Shown piece after piece: positions 54,501 through 64,000 of a stretch of 64,000 bases of DNA. Numbering within the stretch: the stretch's first letter is position 1; each line of letters opens with the position of its first letter. The translations under genes and the position numbers were made by a program. The notes beneath the pieces are model-generated. The model ran no database searches, was not told the DNA's origin, and worked only from the letters and a program-made list of their open reading frames with translations. The stretch comes from Azolla caroliniana. Taxonomy: Eukaryota > Plantae > Polypodiophyta. The DNA is taken from assembly GCA_043228905.1 (NCBI GenBank), contig JBHGNT010000006.1, forward strand, positions 8,060,001 through 8,124,000. The letters run 5' to 3'.

Positions 54501-56346
54501 CAGTTGAACTCTCGCCGAATTCCCGTTTGCTGCAGATAACTGTTGAATTGGCCGGAGAAGTATTCTTTCCCGCCATCCGACCACAAGCATTTGATCTTCC
54601 TCTGCGATTCCCGTTCCACCATGCTTTGGAGACTCCGGAAACACTCGAAGACTTCACTCTTACGCTCAATGAGGTAGATCCATGCGTGCCGCGTATAGTC
54701 GTCGATGAAGGAGACGAAGTAACGACTCCCGCCAAGACTAACACTCTGTGCCGGTCCCCACACATCCGAATGGATTAGGTCGAGCTTGTTACGGCTCCGG
54801 TTACGTTTGGTAGGGAATGGAAGCCGGTATTGCTTCCCGAGTTGGCAGGCTTCACATACTTGGGCCTTCCGGCCGCTGAATTTCGGCAAACCGAAAACAA
54901 CTTGTTTCGTTTGCAGGTCTTGAAGCCTCTGGTAATTGACGTGGCCTATCCGCTTGTGCCACAGGTCGATGTCCGATTCGACCTTCTATCCTTTTGCAAA
55001 GAGAGCGGTGTCGACGTCATTAGTGTCGAGGATAAACATCCTCTCGTCTCTGCGCCCTTGCGCAATAATTTGGCCCTCTTCCTCAATGAAGCACCCGAGG
55101 TGCGTAAACCGCACCTGCATCCCCCCGTCGACAATCTGTCTGACCGACACCAAGTTCTTCGTGATTGTCGGAACGTGTAATACGTTCATCAACTTCCCCT
55201 TCTATCTAACGTGGTTCAAAGGGACTTCTCTGACGTGCACGATTGGGTGAGGAGTGTCGTCTCTGGTTTCGACTACTCCTAGTTGATCCGGTTTTTCCAA
55301 AAAGGAGAACCACTCTTTGTGGCTCGTTATGTGGTTCGACGCACCGGAGTCAACATACCAGACTTCCTCCGATTTGGAGATGGTCTTCTTCATCGAGTTC
55401 GCCTCGTGCTTCATCACCAAGGCTGGCTCGTTACCGTTCTTGGATCCTCCGGATCCCTTCGCGTAGTGCGAGCTTTGCCGGCCATCCTTGCCGGCCTTGC
55501 CGGATCCGGATTTGTCTGAATCGGCTCGTTTTCTCCAGCACTCGCTTTCTCTGTGGCCCTTTTTGTCGACCTCTTTTGCCGTCTTCCGGTGTTGCCATGA
55601 CTCCCCCTGCCTGTGGAAGTCCCGGAACTGTTGTCGGCACGTTCTCTATGCCTTCGTTCTTGCCCTTGCCGGCCGCCTCCATTGCGTGCCGACCCGCCTC
55701 GTCCACCATGCCCACGGGACCGATCTGCCTCCGTGTACATCATCCGGCTGTCAGTGGGTGCGCTAGTTGACGCACCGGCGTGGTTCTCCTCTACAAGGAG
55801 CATCGACTGTAAGTCGAAAAATGACGACGTATTCTCCCTTGTACACACTACCGTTCGGAACGCTCTGAACTTAGATGCCAGGCCCCCAAGATAGACCTAT
55901 ACCATCTTGTCTTCCTCTACGGTAACGTTGATAGAGGCAAGCGAGTCACAAATCTCTTTGATCCGGGCCGTGTAATCCGCCACCGACATGTCCTTCTATC
56001 GGACATTGCTCAATTCCTGTCGGAGTTAAAGCTTCCAGGCTGTAGTGCTCGCGGCAAAAACCTTCTTCAAGTTCCCCCAAGCCTCCTTCGGCGTCTTGGC
56101 GTCTCAAATGTGGCTCAGCAGCTGGTCTCCGACACTGGACGCGAAGCAGTACATCACTCTACTTGTTGATTGTTCCCACACTAGGAAGTCCTTATGTGCC
56201 GCATCAGGTGTTGTTTCATTGGCTCCTTCGACGAAACTCCAGTAGCCATGCCCAAACAGGTACTGGTGCATCTTATATGACCAAGATGCATAGTTGGATC
56301 TGTCGAGTTTCTCCACAGGGAGCGAGCTAACCATCCCTCTATCCAT
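51544..56346 (-). pseudogene. Disrupted gag-pol of element B (gag, protease, integrase, RT, RNase H, C-terminal extension)
   Basis: KLDRSNYASW gag, WYVDSGASNH protease, CEAC and [21 protein letters not shown] integrase, RT (LLYVDD) and RNase H ([17 protein letters not shown]). Several stops and frameshifts. Confidence 0.92.
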
Positions 56347-56789
56347 CACTTCTCTGTCTGTTGTTTTACGACCTGTTAGGGTTTGCTATCAGCGTTTGTC
56401 GGCTGTAGAGGAGGTTCTTAACCCTTGTGCTCTGATACCATGTAAACGATTACTTGCGAAATGTTGAGCGGCAAGCTCAACCGGAGCCGGATCGGCTGAA
56501 TAAGCCGGAGCCGGTAAGCGAGACGGATCGGGCGAAACGGATCGGTATGACGGTGAGCAACCGAACCGGCAAGCAGTGGAGGCCGGGTGCAATCTATAAC
56601 CGGAAGTCCAATCGGAAGCCTAGTATAGGATAGACTACTAGGTAGCTATAGTCTCGTAGTAAGTGTCAGATGCTCGTGTGAGCATTGAAGTACATGGTAC
56701 TTCTGTCAGTCCCAAGAGGACTTGTATAAATAGTGCTACTTAGCACAGTGTGTGTACAGAGTCTTGATATAATTTTGAAATTGTGTTCT

Positions 56790-56915
<126 letters not shown>

Positions 56916-57048
56916 GTTCTCTGTTTTACGCTTCCGCAAACACTTATGTTTACATGGTATTAGAGCGTGAGGGTTGAGAACCTTTGCTGCAGACATTTAC
57001 TCCTGAGAAGAAAACCCTAACAAGTTGATAACAGACACAGTAGAAGAC

Positions 57049-60000
57049 ATGGATAGAGCCATGGCTACGTCGCTCCCGGTGGAGAAGCTCGACAGGAGCA
57101 ACTACGCATCCTGGTCTTACAAGATGCACCAGTACCTGCTTGGACACGGGTATTGGAGTTATGTCGAAGGAGCGAATGATGCGGCGCCCGACTTGGCACA
57201 CAAGGACTTCCCGGTATGGGAACTGGCGGCAAGCAGGGTGATGTACTGCTTCCCGTCCAGTGTCGGCGATCAGCTGCTCAGCCACATCCGTGACGCCAAG
57301 ACACCGAAGGATGCTTGGGAGAACCTGAAAAAGGTTTTCGCCGCAAGCACCATTGCCCGGAAGCTGCAACTCAGACAGGAGTTGAGCAATGTTCGACAGA
57401 AGAACATGTCTGTGGTAGACTACACGGGCCGGATAAAGGAGATCTGCGACTCGCTCGCTTCTATCAATGTTACTGTAGAGGAAGACGAGATGGTGCAGGT
57501 ATGCCTCGGAGGCCTGGCGTCCAAGTTCGGAGCGTTCCGGACTGCGGTGTGTACAAGGGAGAATACCCCCTCATTCTTCGACTTACAGTCGATGCTCCTT
57601 GAAGAGGAGAACCACGCCGGTGCATCTACCAGTGCATCCCCGGACAGCCGAATGCTGTACACGGGAATGGATCGGCTCCGTGGGCGTGGTGGAAGAGGTG
57701 GGTTGGCACGCAATGGAGGCGGCCGGCAAGAACAGGAACGGAGGCACTATGAGCGTGCCGACAGCAGTTCCGGGACTTCCACAAGCAGGGGGAGTCAAGG
57801 CGGTGCCGGAAGCCGGCAAGACAAATCCGCTACGGAATGCTGGTACTGTGGCAAAAAGGGCCACAGGGAAAGCGAGTGCTGGAGAAAGCGTGCTGATTCG
57901 GACAAATCCGGATCCGGCAAGACCGATAAGGATGGCCGGCAAAACTCGCACTACGCAAACGGATCAGAAGGATCCGGAACCGGAAAGGCCGGTAAGGGGC
58001 CAGCCTTGGTGATGAATCACAAGGCAAACTCAATGAAGAAGACCACTTCCAAAACGGAGGAAGTGTGGTATGTTGATTCCGACGCGTTGAACCACATGAC
58101 GAGCCACAAAGAGTGGTTCTCCTTTCTGGAGAGACCGGATCAACCAGGAGTAGTCGAAACCGGAGACGACACTCCTTACCCAATCGTGCACGTCGGAGAA
58201 GTCCCTCTAAGCCACGTCGGACAGAAAGGGAAGTTGATGAACGTGTTACACGTTCCGACGATCACGAAGAACCTGGTGTCCGTCGGTCAGATTGTCGACC
58301 AGGGGATGCAGGTGCGGTTTACGCACCCCGGGTGCTTCATTGAGGATGAGGGCGAAGTCATTGCGCAAGGGCGCAAAGACGGGAGGATGTTTATCCTCGA
58401 CACAAATGACTTTGGCACCGCTCTGTTCGCGAAACGATAGAAGGTCAAGTCGGACATCGACCTGTGGCACAAGTGGATAGGCCACGTCAACTACCGGAGG
58501 CTTCAAGATCTGCAAACGAAACAAGTCGTTTTCGGTTTGCCGAAGTTCAGCGGTCGGAGAGCCGAAATTTGTGAAGCCTGCCAACTTGGGAAGCAACACC
58601 GGCTTCCATTCCCCACCGAACGGAACCGGAGCCGTAACAAGCTCGATCTCATCCATTCGGATGTGTGGGGACCGGCACAAAGTGTAAGCCTTGGCGGGAG
58701 CCAATACTTCGTCTCTTTCATCGACGACTATACTCGGCATACTTGGATCTACCTCATTGAGCGGAAGAGCGAAGTCTTCGATTGTTTCTGGAGTCTCCAG
58801 AAGATGGTGGAACGGGAATCGGAGAGGAAGATCAAATGCCTTCAGTCGGATGGCGGAAAGGAATATTTTTCCGGCCAATTCACTAGTTATCTGCAACAGA
58901 AGGGAATTTGGCGAGAGTTCAGCTGCAGATACACACCGGAGCAAAACGGTGTGGCCGAAAGGAAGAACCGGACACTCGTCGAAGCGGCAAGGGCAATGCT
59001 GGAGGAAAAGAGCATGCCCCGGTTCTACTGGGCGGAGGCGGTCCAGACGGCTGTCTACATGAGCTGTATTTCGGGCGCAAGCCGAACTTAAGACACCTTC
59101 GGATATTCGGCAGCATAGCGTATGTGCATGTGCCGGATCAGAAGCGGAGAAAGCTGGATGCAAAATCGGAAAAATGCATCCTAGTCGGCTATGCTCAAGA
59201 GCAAAAGGGGTATAAGTGCTATAACCCCCAGATGAAGGAAGTCCGAGTTAGCCGGGATGTCGAGTTCGACGAATCAGCATCCTGTTACTCCGTACCGACT
59301 CCGACTTCCGATCCCGACCCAATGTCAGAAGATCAGGCCAGTGAGCCTGAATCAGCCCTGTCAGAGGATGATGAAGCCGGGACTCAAGATGAGAGTCCGG
59401 AGTCGTTACGGTTGAGTGGACCGAACGAGCGACTGAGTCAGTTGGACCAGTCGGATGAAGAGACGGCAAGTGGTGGAGACTCTACCGTGCTCTCCCCGCG
59501 CAAGGAACCAAGGAAACGGTTCACGCGCAAAGAGAAAGGGAAGAGGAAGATGCCGGAATTCGAAACCGGCAACGATGAGTCGGATCGGTGCATATCCGAC
59601 TCCGGAAAGGAGAAAGGCGGATCTTCGGCAACAAAGACCGAACTGGCCAAGAAGGGCCTCAAATCAGGTGACGGTGCGTTGCGCCTATCAACTCGCCAGA
59701 AGGATCCCGTCATACGGTACGGGTACAATGAATACATGGCGCATCATTATGCGTACATGACTAAGGTGACAGAAGTGCGTGAGCCGGAGAGCTACGCAAA
59801 AGCGGCAAAGGACGCAAATTGGTGTGTCGCTATGGACGAAGAAATGCGGGCACTCGATGCCAACGAAACCTGGGACCTAGTTGATCCTCCCCGTCACTGT
59901 AAACCGATCGGATGCAAGTGGGTGTACAAGGTCAAGTACAACGCCGACGGTTCTGTTAACCGGTACAAAGCCCGGTTAGTGGCGAAGGGATACGCGCAGA

Positions 60001-62052
60001 CCCACGGAATCGACTACGACGAGACCTTCACTCCTGTGGCGAAGATGACGACGGTTCGTGTGGTACTGGCGGTTGTTGCGGCAAGGGGGTGGCATCTTCA
60101 CCAGATGGATGTGAAGAACGCCTTCCTTCAAGGAGAGCTTGAAGAAGAAGTCTTTATGACTCAGCCCCCCGGATTTCAATCGCAGATGAACGAGTCGGCG
60201 GTATGCCGACTGAAGAAGTCGCTTTACGGCTTGAAGCAAGCCCCCGAGCCTAGAACGCGAAGATCACGCACCGGTTGCGTAAGCTGGGGTTTGGTGTCTC
60301 TAAGTCGGACTCTTCGTTGTTCATCCGGCAAGGCTCTGACGGTCCGGTATGTATACTCTTGTATGTGGATGATTTAGTCATCACCGGACCGGATCTTCCC
60401 GAAATCAACCGCGTCAAGTCCCAGTTGTCGGACGCATTCGAAATGAAGGACCTGGGGGACCTTCATTATTTTCTTGGGATCAAAGTGATCCGGACCCCCG
60501 ACGGCATATTGCTCTCACAACGACATTACGTGTTGAATATGTTGTATAAGTTCGGCATGACGGATTGCCGACCTGTCTCCACACCCCTGGACCGGAACCA
60601 GAAGCTCCGTCCCAACTCCGGACCGGCCTGCAATGAGAAACGGTTCCGACAGGTTGTGGGAAGCCTGATCTACTTAACCATCACCCGACCCGACATCAGC
60701 TATCCGATCGGCATGGTAAGTCAGTTCATGCAGAAGCCGACCGTGGAGCACCTTCAGTGCGCGCAACGAATATTACGGTATGTCAGTGGCACGAAGGACT
60801 GGGGACTGCTATACCGGTGAGGTATACCCGAAGAGCTTGTCGGTTACATAGATGCTGACTGGGCCGGCGATGCGTCTGATCGCCGCTCCACTTCCGGATA
60901 CATGTTCTCCATAGGTAGCGCGGCCATTGTGTGGAGCAGCAAGAAGCAGCCCACAGTGGCTTTGTCGAGCACTGAGGCTGAGTACCGGGCCGCTACCGTT
61001 GCCACTTGTGAAGCCATCTGGCTTCGGCAACTGCTGCGAGACTTGCGGATCGTGGTACCGACCCCGATCCCGATTTACTGTGATAACATCAGCAGCCTGC
61101 AGCTCGCTAGGAACCCTGTGTTCCATGCTCGCATAAAGCACATCGAGGTGCACTACCACTTCGTGCGTGAGCGGGTCCTGAGCGGTGAAATTGACCTACG
61201 GTATGTTCATACGGATCGGCAAGTTGCCGACATCTTCACCAAGCCGCTCGGATCGGACAAGTTGCAGCACTTTACCGACATGCTTGGTATTCAGCATCTC
61301 GACGTGCTGCACTTGAGGGGGAGAAGCAAGGGCAAAGTCCCTATCGAAACGGGCAAAGGCAAAAAAATTGTTGAACCCGTCGGTAAGTTGACACAAGAAG
61401 AGGAGACAAGAAGATGAAGGAAGCCGAGTCGACGAAGGAAGTCGACACATCCGAACAGGTCGGAGCAAGCGGCTGTGAAGAAGAGTTGTGCACTCAGGAA
61501 GAGAAGTCAATGTTGTGCGGAGGTCATCACGACGGTACTAACCATGATGCGGAGTCGAATGAAGAATTCGATTTCGGTTCACCGGCTGAAGAAGCCGAGG
61601 GAAGCATGGAGAAGGCCAAGACTCAGAAGTGGTCCGATGTGGTGAGAGGCCTGAAGCCGGAAGTCGAATCGGAGTGTACCGATTCGGACAAGAGCTGGAA
61701 CGAGTCGGAGACAACTGACTCGGATCAACAAATGGATCCGGATGAGTCGGATCGACTGAAGGCCATGGGGACACGGAAACAGCGGAAGTCGATGCCATCG
61801 TGGGAGAACCGACGGATCGGCAAGCACTGGAGTCACAACAACGTGAGTGCTGAGATGGGCCTATTGAGCAGACATGCTGACCGAGAGGGTCGAGGCGCGC
61901 AGAACCAAAGGGGTCGCGGCAAACGGGACCGGACCGGACGAGGAGCGCGAGCAAGGCGGAGTGACGCCAGGAGAAGTCAGTTGGAAGAACCGACTACCAC
62001 AGAGGTCGACACTACGACCCCACCTCAGGTTGAGCTTGAGGGGGAGTGTTGA
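57049..62052 (+). pseudogene. Disrupted gag-pol of element C
   Basis: Gag with CWYCGKKGHRESEC zinc knuckle, then protease, integrase, RT and RNase H in copia order. Lesions at 58438 (TAG), ~59060 (deletion), ~60245 (frameshift) and 60818 (TGA). Confidence 0.92.
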
Positions 62053-62376
62053 GCGGCAAGCTCAACCGGAGCCGGATCGGCTGAATAAGCCGGAGCCGGT
62101 AAGCGAGACGGATCGGGCGAAACGGATCGGTATGACGGTGAGCAACCGAACCGGCAAGCAGTGGAGGCCGGGTGCAATCTATAACCGGAAGTCCAATCGG
62201 AAGCCTAGTATAGGATAGACTACTAGGTAGCTATAGTCTCGTAGTAAGTGTCAGATGCTCGTGTGAGCATTGAAGTACATGGTACTTCTGTCAGTCCCAA
62301 GAGGACTTGTATAAATAGTGCTACTTAGCACAGTGTGTGTACAGAGTCTTGATATAATTTTGAAATTGTGTTCTGC

Positions 62377-62409
<33 letters not shown>

Positions 62410-64000
62410 GTGTTTTGTTCTCTGTTTTACGCTTCCGCAAACACTTACGTTTACACGGAAGCGTTAGAAAATAGAGAAAGTAGTGAATACACAGAGTACG
62501 CGGGAGAGATAGAGAGAGAAGAACGTAAAAGCTATATTCAAAAACGATATAATTATTATGTACATACAACTATGCTCAGTAGCATTATTTATACAAGTCC
62601 TCGTGGGACTGACAAAAGTACCGCGTACTTCAATGCTCACACGAGCATCTGACACTTACTACGAGACTATAATTGCCTAGTAGTCTACACTAATACTAGG
62701 CTTCCGGTTACTGATTGGATCCGGCTAACCGGCTCCCCAGCTCACCGGCTCTGTTGCTTGCCGGCTCGGTTGCTCACAGCTTACCGATCCGTCTCGCTTG
62801 CCGGCTCATGCTTATTCAGCCGATCCGGCTCTAGTTGAGCTTGCCGCTCAACATGTAAATCATTCAGATCCTTCATCTCGAACTTCTGCAAAAGCAAATT
62901 TTTAATCTTTGTGTCTCGGCGAGGCTTTCTCCACCGATGACAAGGTCATCGACATACACGATTAAGAAGATGGGGCTTTTGGGATTGTTCTGAACATACA
63001 ACGAGTTATCATATTTTGACATCCGGAAGCCAATGTCGTGAAGATAGGATGTGATCTTTGAATGCCATGCTCTTGGGGCTTGCTTCAGTCCATAGAGTGG
63101 CTTCTTCAATAAGCAAATTGCATGTGGATGTTTGTTTGATTCGAAGCCAGGTGGTTGCATCATGTAAACTTCCTCCTCGAGCTCACCTTGGAGGAATGCG
63201 TTCTTCACATCCATTTGATGCAAGTGTCATCCTTTCGCTGCTGCAAGAGCAATTACTGTCCTCATAGTGGTCATTTTTGCCACTGGGGCAAATGTCTCCT
63301 CATAGTCTATGCCATGGGTTTGAGCCTACCCTTTGGCGACTAGCTGAGCCTTGAACCGATTGACTATGCCATCCATATTATGCTTTATCTTGAACACCCA
63401 GCGACAACCAATTGGCTTTTTCTTGATTTCAGAGGATGGGACTAAATCCCAAGTATCACTGTCAAACAATGCACACATCTCCTCCCTCATTGCCTCGATC
63501 CACCGGGGATCTTGGGCAACTTCTTTGTAAGTCTCGGGTTCTTGGTTTGCTACGACCTTCATCATGAATGCATAGTGGTGGGCCATGTACTCATTGTCCC
63601 CGAACCTAACTATCATGCTCTTTTGTCGGTTCGATTGACGGAGTTTTCCTTTGGTCATTTCCGGGGCCTTCTTCATTTCTTACTTGTTGTGGAATGATTG
63701 GGGTGAATGATCTGAGCCTTCACTGGATGCCATGTCCTTGGCCTCTTGCTCAGGCTTCTTGCCCTCTTTTTTCTTTCTACAGGTGTAGCACCAACGTGAC
63801 AGCACATCAAAGGTTTCTTCATGTTGTGCAATACTCTGATTGTTGGATGACACCTCAGGTCCAGTCAGTTGGAGTGTGGGCATACTCCCTACTGGTTCTC
63901 CACCCATAATGGTCGTTAGCATCTCTTCTTCTTCACTCTGAGAATCTGCTCCACATATGCTTGTTTCAAGCACAGTGGGGTCACTAATGTTGGGCCATAC

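Overview
AT-rich eukaryotic nuclear DNA from a land plant. The highly regular PLS-PPR gene and the copia/LINE families suggest a non-seed plant such as a fern (inference). I reconstructed five spliced genes by hand from GT-AG boundaries: a DIPP-type Nudix hydrolase (-), a 15-exon acylated RNI-like LRR protein (-), a ~1000-aa PLS-E PPR protein (+), 40S ribosomal protein eS12 (-) and an aldo-keto reductase that looks more microbial than angiosperm (-). Intergenic space holds decayed LINEs (one nested in another), a solo LTR with an intact TSD, tRNA-derived SINE-like relics, a mitochondrial 18S rRNA NUMT and several near-perfect 66-350 bp tandem duplications inside or beside genes. The last 14 kb is a three-level Ty1/copia nest. 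Element C sits inverted inside the 5' LTR of its relative B, which sits in the RT of an older element A, giving a ~5.5 kb-arm quasi-inverted repeat. B and C share an in-frame TAG between protease and integrase and carry a long charged extension after RNase H. All coordinates were read by eye and no database searches were run.
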